Source: Geosiphon pyriformis uo1
Taxonomy: Eukaryota > Fungi > Glomeromycota
DNA: 64,000 nucleotides
Direction of reading: 5' to 3'
Assembly (NCBI GenBank): GCA_016748015.1
Contig: JAAOMT010000603.1
Coordinates: 353,532 to 417,531, forward strand
Shown here: positions 1 through 10,982 of the stretch, in pieces
Numbering within the stretch: the first letter of the stretch is position 1
How the letters are laid out: every line of letters begins with the position of its first letter
Notes under the pieces: generated by a model
The model's database searches: none
What the model was told of the DNA's origin: nothing
Seen by the model: only the letters and a program-made list of their open reading frames with translations
Translations under genes and position numbers: made by a program

Positions 1-1466
1 TTTCGATCAAAGGATTTTCATATCCAGTGTCTATTCAAATAAAAAAATTAATAAAAATTATGAAACTATAAAAATATCACCATTCAATCTTACCGTTTTT
101 TAAAAAATGTGGTAAATTCTTGGAATATATTGTAATATTGTTCTCTCCTAATTTAGCACTTAAGAAAGTATTGTTTGGTAAGATAGCCCACCCAACATAG
201 GCGGAACCATTGGAGGAAGCGTTCCATGAATCCTTCTGTTTTCCAAATTGGTCACTTAAAGTAAATTGGTCACTTAAAGTAAATTGGTAAGGATTAAACG
301 ATTTCTTGGTTTCAGTAATTTTTCCCCCATAAGGCAGTGGATTTTCCCATGAAAATTCCCCATCTGGCCCAGATTTATAAATCGTGTCATATTTTAACAC
401 TGCTCCACTTTTAAGAAATGATATCCTAAATCCACGGATTTCTCCATGTACAGATTCCATTGTAGTTATCTCCAGTAAACAATAATAACCCAAATCATCT
501 ATTTGAACATCACATTGTACGATCAACAAATAAATTGCGTCATATTGATCGAGTAGAAAATGAGGAGTAAAATCAGTTGTTTCTGGCTCCCAAAATGTGA
601 CATATACTGAATATCTTGTTATGTTTATACAGGGAGAATCAATAATGGGAAAATTATTAACAATATATGCATATCCAAAGCCTCCTTCAGTTGTGGCAAA
701 AGAGGAATCAGAGCGTGGATACGAACTTAAATTTCCTTTTAATTCAAGCTTTTTAGTAACAAAAATTGGTTTGATATTTTGATTGGATTCAGTCCTAGAT
801 ATAAATTGAATGTTGAAAATTACTGGGATTTATATATTGAATATTTTCAAATTTTATATTTATTAACTTACGGAATATAAATAGTCCACTCGATTTCTGT
901 TATATTATCATTTTTTTTCCAAATAAGAAATTTGTCATTTTGGATATTACTTATTATTGACATGTCCCCTGTACCTAATTCTATATCACTAAATAAAGCG
1001 TTATTTATTATCAATATTATTTTTTATTTTTAAAATCAAGCAGATTTTATTTTAAATAGTTATTCAATAGAAACCTTTGAACTAATGTTCCATTCCATAA
1101 GAATATTTTGCCTTGATTTCCATATTCTACGAAAAGATAATTAGAGTTAAGAGGATAAATGTCAGTTATATTACTCTTGCCTCCATAATCTTTTTCTTCG
1201 TTTCGAGACAATTGGCCGTCAGGTGTAAGTTTAAAGTATGCAGAAAAATCGTTATAATTTTTATCAATCCCAGTACACCTTAACATAATTGTTCCATCTT
1301 GCTGGAAATAAATTATTTGGTAAATGTAATTACATCTCTTTGTATCAATTGGGTATACTGTTTCATTAATTGATGAACTTTTAATGACTAAAATAAAAAA
1401 AGATAAAAATATTGAAATAATCAAAAGGTAATGATTAAAATGGACGGCGAAGAAAAACTGCTTCAT
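1..1466 (-). CDS. Secreted/membrane hypothetical protein, multi-exon, continues beyond window start (exons 1466-1075, 988-872, 794-94, 30-<1)
   Basis: ATG at 1466 with hydrophobic signal-like N-terminus (YLLIISIFLSFFILVIKSS). GT..AG introns of 60-90 nt keep one open frame, joining ORF-track pieces 1047-1466 and 77-529. Last visible exon reads DTGYENPLIE. No recognisable catalytic motif. Confidence 0.7.
245..288. repeat. In-frame 18-bp tandem duplication inside the coding exon
   Basis: aaattggtcacttaaagt x2 plus aaattggt; encodes QFTLSD-QFTLSD on the minus strand. Confidence 0.9.
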
Positions 1467-2284
1467 TTTTTAAAAAAAAGTTATTTTTGAATGGGTTGGT
1501 TTTTCAGTTTTACCCCAAATTTTATTTTTTTAAATATTTTATCATCGGAAATTTTAAAATCAAATATAGTTAAGATTATATTTATATTATGCCAAATATT
1601 TCATAAATATTTATTATTATAGTTTATGAAAAAATCATTGTGGAGAAACTCATTATTATATCTAAAAAATACTATTTTAACTCTCAAGTTAACCAATTCG
1701 GATTAGAGTTTATAAAAATTTAAGTAAATTAATAAAATTTTATCATTTTTACCTTTGTTATTAAAATAAAACCACAATATTTAAATATCATGTTTTCAAT
1801 AAAGATTACTTAGTAATTTCTAATTTTTATTTTTATTATTATTATTATTATTTATTATTATATTAATAATATCATTATTTTATTTATTCTTTGAAGAATA
1901 AATTTGTATTGATTATCAGGATGGGATTATCTATAATATTTAAATAAATGTTGACATTCCAGTATTATAAGATAAGATTTTAATAGGTTATCTCTTTTAT
2001 AGATAAACTTTATCTTGAATCTATATCCAATTCTTTCAGAAACACAATAATTAGCATTCTTAGTAAAAAAATTAATATGTATATATATATATTTAATAAA
2101 TAAAATAACAATTATCACAATATTTTTATTTCAAACTAATTATTAAGATAAGCGAATCATATAGAGAATAATATTAAAACAAGGATATTTAAATTTAAAC
2201 AAAAATTTAAAGATTTGCAAATTCAGTTTTTCAAATTATTATATTAGTAATGAAATCCAATTTTCGAAATGTAGAATCTATTGC

Positions 2285-3380
2285 TTAAAACCACCATTTA
2301 TAATTATTTCGAAACATAATATCCCAATTAGTACAAAAATTCTTATCTGCAACTGATAAATTTGTTACTAAAGTTATGTTTGTTACTGTTAATGATGAAA
2401 GAAGAATAATAATATTAGTACATTTATCTACTAAAGTAACACTTAAGTCAAATCTTACACCGGATATTTGTCCTTTCATTGATTGAAAAGACCATATCAT
2501 TACTGAAGCTAACGTGTTTAGAATGTAAAAATCATTATAATAGTGTACTGCAGAAACATCTGGACCACCAAATATTATTATAATCATGCTATTCGAATCT
2601 ATGAAAATATTTTTCAAAGTTTTTGTAAATAAATGACTGAAATGTCACAAAAATAAGGGATTCAATTTTTTTAAACAGCTTACTTGCAACAGTTCCGTGA
2701 AATCTATGAGATGGTAGGATATTTTCATCAACTATCTAATTAATAATAATAAAATTTTAAGAAATGAAAACTTCAAGTATATTTATTAAATTTCTTTACC
2801 TACGCTATCTAACTCGACCATAAAAATTTATTAGTATTAAAAACTGCATAGGAACCAATTCTAATTTAGGCTCGTTATAAACTATAATAACATAAATTTT
2901 TCAATTTCTTAATAGGTTTTTAGAATATCCTATTCTTCCATAGCACACATTAGACTATTTTAGAAACATAAGCAAAAGACCAGTTATTTTGAATTGTACC
3001 GAATTCAGTGGTTTCTTAATAAATTTATATATACTAATAATTAATATAACGTTGAACACCAAATAAAATATATGATTGAATTATTGATGCTTGTTGATGC
3101 TTATTGAAATATATATTCAAGACGACACATAGAGATGATGATAATGATTTATTAATTATAGTCGTATCTGAATTTAACCAGTGTGATAAAGTATTATTGA
3201 AATAAAATAAAGAATTTTCAGGCATTGGATTAATTCCTATTTCACTTCCAGTATTTGAAGACTCCACTTTTTTCCACGATCTTAAGAAAACATCGAATTG
3301 TTGGGTTATATCCAAGGCTCTATCTCGGTTTTTCAATCGTTAAAATGCATGGCTACCAATTAACGTAGCAGAATGGGAAC
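2285..3380 (-). pseudogene. Degenerate kelch-repeat (galactose-oxidase-like beta-propeller) gene
   Basis: Kelch-like fragments on the minus strand: SHSATLIGSHAF* (~3380-3340), IIIIFGGPDV...NDFYILNT...IWS (2580-2490) and RFDLSVTLV. Broken by stops and frameshifts. Confidence 0.5.
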
Positions 3381-4686
3381 TTTAGAGGTTTAAAATAAAA
3401 TAAAATCACGTTAAATTGTTCAATCTTGCGAAAATTTGATTGTAAAAAAAAATATAATCCATGTCTTTGAAAAATTATGTGAAAATTTTTTAATTATTAT
3501 TGATTATTATTTTACTTTAGTTTTTCAGAGCTAAATCATACGTATAATTGGTTATATTTTGAGAAGTGTGCAATTAAATACCTTTAAAAAAAATGCTAAT
3601 TCTATTTTATATTTATATTTAAATTTTACAACTTTAGTGTAAATATATGCTATTCCAAAAGATAAGAACTGTAAAGAAAGACGTGACAAATTCAAACTTT
3701 ATAGAACTATGTATTAATTTGATATTTTCATTGAAATAAATTTTAAATCCAAATTTAATATGTGAGGTTATTGAATATATCTTATTTGCGTTTTATTATC
3801 ATTTATTTCATTAATCTAAGAGAAGTTATTGTTTTCTTTTATATTTTTTATTATAAATTTCTTTTTTCAACTAATTTGATATCACTTTATAAAGTATTAA
3901 ATATATTGAATTAAGTAAATTTATCTTTAAGAGTTAATTGAAAACACATTTGAAATAGTATTCTTACTCTACTAAAGTTTTTTTATATTTTATCTTATAA
4001 ACTCTGTTATTTCATAAAATTTATCCAAGTCCCAAGTTCTTTTGAATAATCAATTGGGTGAGCGTTATACTCTTGTTTGATACATTGATTAAAGCTAAAA
4101 AATTCTTAATAATTAACAAAATTCATAATAAATAATTTTAATTAGTTTCTTGACTAGAAAAATAGGATAAATTAGTTTTATTAGATAGGTATTTGGCAAT
4201 GAATTTAATTTAGAAACCTAAATAAAATCCAATAGATTATTTTGAATAAATACTATATAAAGGATAAAATAAAATGGCAAAGCCGAGGGACCGAAAAAAA
4301 TTAGAAAAAGAAAAAATTCGCATAGCTGGTAATATATATATATAGTTTATTAATTTGCATCTTTTTTTAATATGCTTAATACAAAATCTTTTGGTAAAAT
4401 ATTTAAATCTTTTGTTAAATCATAACAAATATTTACAAATTCCACAGTAAAAATTAATTGCAACCAATAAAATATTAATTTGTTAAATTCACAATTTCAA
4501 ACTTTTATAATATTTTGATTACTTTACATGAAATTGAATTTATATAGAATATTATACATATATAAATCTATTGCCTTAATATGCAATTACTCAGATGTAG
4601 ATTTTACAACTTAAATATATAATACTGTAAAAAAATAATTAATGGTTGAAATGAGGTCAAAAATATCTGAAAGATAGAATACTTAT

Positions 4687-5093
4687 CCTTAATGAAAATA
4701 TTGACACCACTACCCCAGAGGATTGAATATTCAAAGTTGGAGTATTTCGAATAGAAGAGAGCATCAATATCGGCAGCAGAGAGCGGAGTGAATAACGCAA
4801 CTGGTTTTGCATGTTTCCATACCCACATATTCATCATTTTGGTAATCTCAATAATTACGATGTGACCTGTTAATCCACTATTAAAAAGAAGGGATTTATT
4901 AACCCTTGAAAATCTAAGGATTATCTTGGTAAATATTATTTATAATAAATATGATAAAGAAATAGTGTACCTTCTGTCTAAACTTGCTGTGAAGACTTTG
5001 CGATCGCCAACACAGGACGTCGACAGGAATGGTATATTTGCAGCACGCTCAATCGAGGACTTGCCCGTGACTTTGCAGCAACCTTAATCTCTC
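4687..5093 (-). pseudogene. Unidentified gene fragment (two exon-like, GC-richer blocks)
   Basis: GC-richer blocks flanked by AG/GT-like sites; one reads GHIVIIEITKMMNMWVWKHAKPVALFTPLSAADIDALFYSKY. The upstream block has stops in its plausible frames. No family recognised. Confidence 0.25.
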
Positions 5094-5275
5094 CTATAAG
5101 AGATTTTGCAGAGTTTAACGGAACAATCTTCTGCCTAAACTTGCGCAGTTCTTCGAGAATGGAACAAATCTAAACTTGCTGACAGAATTTTCATCATCTA
5201 CCACGACTTGTTTTATGAATGCGAATTAGCATCATTCGCTAATAGTCTAAATAAAATAATTTAGCTTTTTTTGCA

Positions 5276-5458
5276 TAACTCTTTTCACAGAATTTCCAAC
5301 TCTTTTTCACAGAATTAGCAGAAGTTGGAAATTCTGTGAAAAGAGTTAATAAGAGTTGGAAATTCTGTGAAAAGAGTTAATAAGAGTTGAAAATTCTGTA
5401 AAAAAAGTTAGCAAAAGTTGGAAATTTTATGGAAAGAGTTAATAAAAGTTAGAAATTT
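5276..5458. repeat. 31-bp tandem array with an adjacent inverted copy (fold-back)
   Basis: Unit ~gagttggaaattctgtgaaaagagttaataa recurs with period 31 (gttggaaatt-like cores at 5324, 5355, 5386, 5417, 5448). 5276-5302 taactcttttcacagaatttccaactc is its reverse complement. Confidence 0.85.
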
Positions 5459-6586
5459 CTATAATAACTTTTTCGAAAACTGTTGATTACCATATTAAAA
5501 TAATAAACTTTTGGTTGGTCAAAAATTAACCAATATCTGCTTAGTTTTTAAAGCAATTTAATACAATTAACAAAAACAAGAGCAAAAATATTAGTATTAT
5601 ATATATTAGTCTTGAAAAAGCTATTAATAAGTGTTTAAATTTTACCTATAAAAATTTTTTTATAATCTATAAAGCAAATTAAAGAAAAATATTTGTTAAA
5701 ATCATTTAAAATTTAAGTTATTTAAAAGTTTATAATTAATAATTTATTATATTTTTAAATGTTTTTATTCTTTAATATTAGTAATAAACTTAACAATTAA
5801 CATATTTTTATATTAAAAAATTACTTTTGTAATTTATTTTATTTAATTAAATATTATTAAAATATAATAAAAATACAAAAATTAAAAATTAAAGATAAAA
5901 TTAATTATTATTATAATAAATATTTTTGGCTTTATTTTTATATTACTTTTATTAAAAAACAAAACAAAAATTTTGATTAAAAAATATAATTAGTAATAGA
6001 AAATAAATAATAATTCAAAAATTTTTAAAAAATAAAAAAATAAAAATAAAATAAAATTATTTATATAAGTTATTATATTTAATATTATTTATATTAAATA
6101 TTAATAATTACCAGTTTATAATTAAATTTAAGAAAAAATTTGTAAATATTAAGAAAAAAAACAAAAAACATCTGTAATTTAATTACTATATCAAAAATAT
6201 TATTTATAAAGAATATGTTAAATTATAAAAAAAATGTTAGTATTGGCTAATAAAATCTTTTAGTCATGACAATATTTTATGCTTTATTATAATCTTAATT
6301 TTTTATTGTAGTCTTGTTTATTTGTGAATTCTTAAAACTGGTTTTTTAAGCAAAATAAGAAGAAATTTTTTCTACCAATCTTAAGAAGGATTTATATTAT
6401 TATCTTAAAACTGTTGATAAATTGTGAATAAAGGTAATAAAGCCATGGCTTCAAAAAAATATGATTACCAAAAGCACTTTAATGGAAAGTCAGTTTATCT
6501 TGCTATTATTGATATGTAAGATATTTATAGTGATTTATAATGGCATTAATCTTATTGTTATTCTATTGATAAAGTCTTCACTTATA

Positions 6587-7503
6587 GGAATCGGGTTCTT
6601 TGTTCCACAAGTTTTTGAGTTCTAAAGAAGTTATATAACATAAATGTTTGGAGTTCTCTAGTTGACCATTTCTTTCTAGATGTAAAAAGTTTTGCACTTA
6701 TACGGTAAGTTTTCAAATGATCAATAAAAGCCAAGTAATTTTTTTATTCCATTTTATTTATCTTACATTATTAATAGAGGAGAAGAATTTTCACTTGCTA
6801 GCACTCCAAGAAAGAATGATAAGCGCATACTTGAAACACGGCGGCGACTAGGATCATGGGGAAATAGCATTTTTAGATTATTAACAACGTTATAGAAGTA
6901 TGGTTCTATTGGATCTGGGAAGGAGGATGTTTCAAAGGCAACAAAGACTTTGCAAGATAGACAAAAAGTTGGAAATATGATGAAAGATATGATTAAAAGC
7001 CGTATTCAAGCAAATAATCTCCCCAAGCCCTTTGCACGGGAGATTGAAGCAATTGGGATTGTTCATGGCAAACTTATGGGTGATTTTTACACCCTTGATT
7101 TGCCCTTTGGCAGCGTTGCACGTCTTTTCTGTCATGATCAATGCTTTGTGCCTGTTCATAACATGAATGTTGATGAACCCATCAACATCAGTGAGATGCT
7201 TGCAATAATCGTGAACGTTCTCAGGCACAAAGTAAGTCGCCGTTTTATTATTTTCATCACTTTAAATATTTACCACAAATCTTAATATAATTTTCTGTTT
7301 ATTAAGCGGCGCCTTGAACGTTCTATGGCAATTACGCGCAAGGCTACACCAATAGCGCCTAGCACTCATCTTCTGGGTATATTATCTAAAAAAAACAATA
7401 CTGAGCCAGGGGGAGATCAAAGAAAGTGTCACTCTCCCACCAACGTTGTCGACACCTACCAAAAAAAACTAGTAAGCGGAAGGTAGATGTATATGAATCT
7501 TAG
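6587..7503 (+). pseudogene. Crinkler-type / PD-(D/E)xK restriction-endonuclease-like (CR-REase) gene, decayed
   Basis: Spliced translation (introns 6705-6777 and 7232-7306): YNINVWSSLVDHFF..LIRGEEFSLASTPRKNDKR..RLGSWGNSIFR..*KYGSIGSGK..KTLQDRQKVGNMMKDM..IGIVHG...YTLD. This is the GE..S.AS..RKN / G.x.D / E.G..E.GK / K..K.MKDM layout I associate with Mucoromycota Crinkler-type REases. In-frame TAG at 6893-6895, and the acidic catalytic positions are substituted. Confidence 0.55.
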
Positions 7504-7546
7504 AGGTTGGCAGATATCATACCACCACTACTTAGTTATTAGCATC

Positions 7547-7905
7547 CTTCTCGATAAGGCAATTTTTTGGATACGGTGAAAATTTATACATCTGCAAAGT
7601 GAAATTCACTGGAAATCAGTTAGATTCTTTACCCAACAATTTGACCCCATTGTCATTCCTCCTTTTGAAGTTTCGGACATGGTGAATTGCAAGACAAGAA
7701 AGATTACACGAAAAAATTTCCGGAAAATGCTTTGTTGGGCACATTATCGCTCTCAACAACATATGGATCCGTGTTATTATTCAGAACAAAGCTTACACAT
7801 CCAAGACATGTAATCAATGTGGCAACATTCAAAGAATCAGAGGGTCCAAACTGTACAACTGTCAGAATTGTGAGATTGTGATAAGATGAAAATGGCACTT
7901 GGGGA
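7547..7905 (+). pseudogene. Fanzor2 / IS607-type TnpB remnant (C-terminal RuvC-II, zinc ribbon, RuvC-III); 5'-truncated and frameshifted
   Basis: Frame from 7547: LLDKAIFWIR*KFIHLQSEIHWKSVRFFTQQFDPIVIPPFEVSDMVNCKTRKITRKNFRKMLCWAHYR. From 7770: RVIIQNKAYTSKTCNQCGNIQRIRGSKLYNCQNCEIVI. From 7885: DENGTWG. Matches the TnpB/Fanzor pattern E-x-YTSKTCxxCG..CxxC..DRDxNG and the IS607/Fanzor2 pattern P.F..S.MV...RKI....R.ML.W.HY. Not captured by the ORF track. Confidence 0.8.
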
Positions 7906-8363
7906 CAGCAGGAAATATTAGGCGTTACATAGCAATGCTATTATTGATGTGTAAAAATCTATCCGAGAATTTGCTGTTAGTCACAATACCAATATCACAA
8001 TTTTTTTTACTTTAAAAGCAAATTTTAGTATCAAAAATTCGAATGTAACTTTTATATCAGCTTTAATAACGCTTCGGTTTTTCAATCGTAAAAAGTAACT
8101 CATTTGAATAAAATTGATATTTCCTATTTTATTGATGCGTCTCTAAAATATTTCAATATTTTCAACTAAGATTGATTAAATTACTGTATCGCGTAGCGTC
8201 GGTGGATTACTTAATCTCGAGGAGTTCTGATTAAAAATAGCGCTGAAAATGTTCACCTGATATGACCATCAAGGCCTCTAGGTTTTGCGATCAAATTTTT
8301 TTAGGATAAGCGTATAAAATCACGTCGATGTCGATGTCGAAATGAAATGAAATATCAAATAAT

Positions 8364-9356
8364 TCAAAGACAATAGCCAGTGGGATGTTTTTTGTGATAA
8401 TTCCAAGCCGTTGCTACTATCTTCTCAATTGAATCATATTTTCTAGTCCATCCAAGGATTTTTTCAGCCCTCGATGATCCCGCTATCAATATATCCGGAT
8501 CACCCGGTCGTCGTGGCTCCAGCACAGCAGGAATGGCATGACCAGTCACCTCTCTAGCCGCATTAATTACTTCTTTAACTGTATATCCTTCCCCTGAACC
8601 CAAATTAAACTTTTGAGAAGAATTCTCTTTTAAAAGATATTCCAATGCTTTGATATGTGCAGTTGCTAAATCAGTGACATGAATATAATCTCTGACACAT
8701 GTCCCATCCCTGGTATCATAGTCAGTCCCATATATTTTGATATTTTTCTTGTGACCAAGGGCGACTTCTAACACAAGAGGTATCAAATGTGTCTCGGGTT
8801 TATGATCCTCTCCAATTTCGCCACTCTCATGTGCTCCACAAGCATTGAAATACCGGAGACATATGTATTTAAGCCCATAGGCATTATCAGACCAGCCCAG
8901 AATATTCTCAACCGTTAATTTAGTATCCCCATAAGGATTAATGGGACGTGTAGAAGCATCGTCTGCCAAAGGAATGCTTTCAGGCCTTCCAAAAATTGCG
9001 GCAGTTGAAGAAAAAATGAAATACTTTACTTTAAATTTGTTCATTGTTTGTAATAAAAAAACAGTTCCGACTACGTTATTTTCATAGTAAAGAAGCGGGT
9101 CTACTACACTTTCTTCTACAGCTAACGAAGCACAAAAGTGCATTACAGCATCGGGTCTGTGTTTATTGAAAACTAGTTCAAGATTCGGTTTATCTCTGAT
9201 ATCGACTTTTTCAAAAGCAATTCCTTGGGGTATAGCTTCTAAATGGCCCTGAGATAAATTGTCAAGAATAACTATCTCATAGTCGGGTAAAGCTATTAAT
9301 TCACGCACTATATGTGAGCCTATATAACCAGCTCCGCCACAGACAAGAACTTTCAT
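8364..9356 (-). CDS. galE: UDP-glucose 4-epimerase (extended SDR), intronless, 330 aa
   Basis: MKVLVCGGAGYIGSH NAD-binding motif, FSSTAA, YGDTK (YxxxK), LRYFNACGAH, DGTCVRDYIHVTDLA, RRPGD. Start placed at the ATG at 9356 rather than the ORF-track start at 9434. Confidence 0.95.
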   Translation of the reverse strand: MKVLVCGGAGYIGSHIVRELIALPDYEIVILDNLSQGHLEAIPQGIAFEKVDIRDKPNLELVFNKHRPDAVMHFCASLAVEESVVDPLLYYENNVVGTVFLLQTMNKFKVKYFIFSSTAAIFGRPESIPLADDASTRPINPYGDTKLTVENILGWSDNAYGLKYICLRYFNACGAHESGEIGEDHKPETHLIPLVLEVALGHKKNIKIYGTDYDTRDGTCVRDYIHVTDLATAHIKALEYLLKENSSQKFNLGSGEGYTVKEVINAAREVTGHAIPAVLEPRRPGDPDILIAGSSRAEKILGWTRKYDSIEKIVATAWNYHKKHPTGYCL

Positions 9357-9530
9357 CTTTGAAATTGAGTAGCGTTGAGAATGAAATCGTGATAAATAAA
9401 TGATCTGAAACATGTAGTACAGAAAGGATCTCACCCATTTTACCTACCATTAGTGATCCCGTTAAGATACAGTTGGTTTTTAATAAATTAGATCAACGGA
9501 ATCTGGGCAATCACCTGACAGAAAAAGAGT

Positions 9531-10574
9531 TCACGAGATGGTTTCCAAGATCCAACTCACAACATCTATGGGGCCATCGTGAACAACCACGATATCGAAA
9601 GCATTCAGATATTTATCGAGCAATTCTTCAACGTGATCATTAAGAAAACCAATATTCAGACAAATATCGTGTTTGACCCCACTAGACATTTCCAAATCTC
9701 CAATTGAATCTCCTAGTAATATCACATTTTTACGTTCACTGATCGTGAAGTAATAAGGCGTTTTTTCAAGCATGAATTCTGATTTGTTGAAAATGTGAAT
9801 CAAGGGAGGCTTAAAATGGTCGCATATGCCGGTCAAGGGATTAAATCCCATTTGATTTGATACAATATGCATGTTAGAACGGAGTAAATTTTTAGATCGA
9901 AGCACCTCTTCAATGACATCTAAAATGAATCAATTCAGCGGGGATTCGATAAATTATGCTGTGAAATTCCAAATAATCACGAGAAAAAATAATTACTTGT
10001 AATTCCTGCCGAAAACACAAGAAAAGGTATATTATGTTCTTCGCATTTCGTAATAACTTTGTCCAGTCCCGATCGCACCTCGACTGGAGTTTCCGAAACA
10101 ATTTGAGCAATGTCATTTCGGCTAATGTGTTGGTCGATAAGAAGCCTGTGGGCTTTTTCCCACCATTCAACCATCAGAGGCGTCTTTTCATCATCTGTCA
10201 AATTGGGATCCATTTCTATAGGGAAATACTTTTGATAAAGTTGATTCACCTTGGTTTTAAAATCTTCCTTTAACGAGCTACCAGACGATAGTATCCCATG
10301 CGAACTTGGATTAATTTCGTTATTTTGCGTGTGAAGGTGCGTCATTGTTCTATCAAAGTCTAGAATCTTACCCATTATTTACAATATTTCTAGTTAATAA
10401 TATTGTTTGCAAGAATACACAGTCTTATAGCATTTAGTGCTTTTACATACCGCATAGAAAATGCAAATTTTGGAACCCATCATTTAATATCTTTTCCAAT
10501 TTTCTTTTTGTTGTTTCGCCTGTTTTTATGTGATGCGTTGCACTTATTTTTGAGAAAAGTTCCTCAAGATTCAT
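9531..10574 (-). CDS. NT5C3: Pyrimidine 5'-nucleotidase / cytosolic 5'-nucleotidase III-like (HAD, UMPH-1 family); exons 10574-10451, 10359-9997, 9919-9531; 291 aa
   Basis: Spliced frame is open (876 nt). HAD motif I CDFDRTMT is formed across intron 1; also SSHGIL, EKTPLMVEWW, VFSAGI, IHIFNK, NVILLGDSIGDLEM, IGFLND, FDIVVVHD. Confidence 0.9.
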
Positions 10575-10939
10575 ACTGAATGTAAAAGGTGTGTAAGTAA
10601 AGCCCGCTGAATGACGGATATAATGCAATCACAAAGTTCGGTTTGGAAAAAGATCCCCAGTTACTAGGGGGGATAGATTATCAAGAAAATTCCATTTTTA
10701 AAAATTTGTAACTCTACATTCATTTACTGTAATAAGCAACTCTCTCAAAATTCGGCTTTTTAATCAATATATTAGAAACTTTTTAAACTATTTTCACTGT
10801 TTACATTATTACCTTTTTTAATAACATAAAATTATTATATTTTAGAATGTTCATTTATTTTATTTTACAAATATCAATTTATTTTAAAAAACAAAATAAT
10901 TTAAAAATTTTATATTATATATATATGCTATATATTTTA

Positions 10940-10940
<1 letters not shown>

Positions 10941-10982
<42 letters not shown>
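10941..10982. repeat. (ATT)n microsatellite, ~14 units
   Basis: Direct reading. Confidence 0.9.

Noticed and set aside
5276-5458. 31-bp repeats as a CRISPR array
   Set aside because: Units are head-to-tail with no unique spacers, there are no cas genes, and the context is eukaryotic.
7687-7898. ORF-track ORFs 7687-7881 (+) and 7704-7898 (-) as genes
   Set aside because: They are off-frame or antisense shadows of the Fanzor remnant.
8364-9356. galE as bacterial contamination or misassembly
   Set aside because: It lies 174 bp from a spliced eukaryotic gene with similar composition; read support could not be checked.
9357-9434. ORF-track N-terminal extension of galE
   Set aside because: Begins at a non-ATG codon; homology starts at MKVLVCGG (9356).
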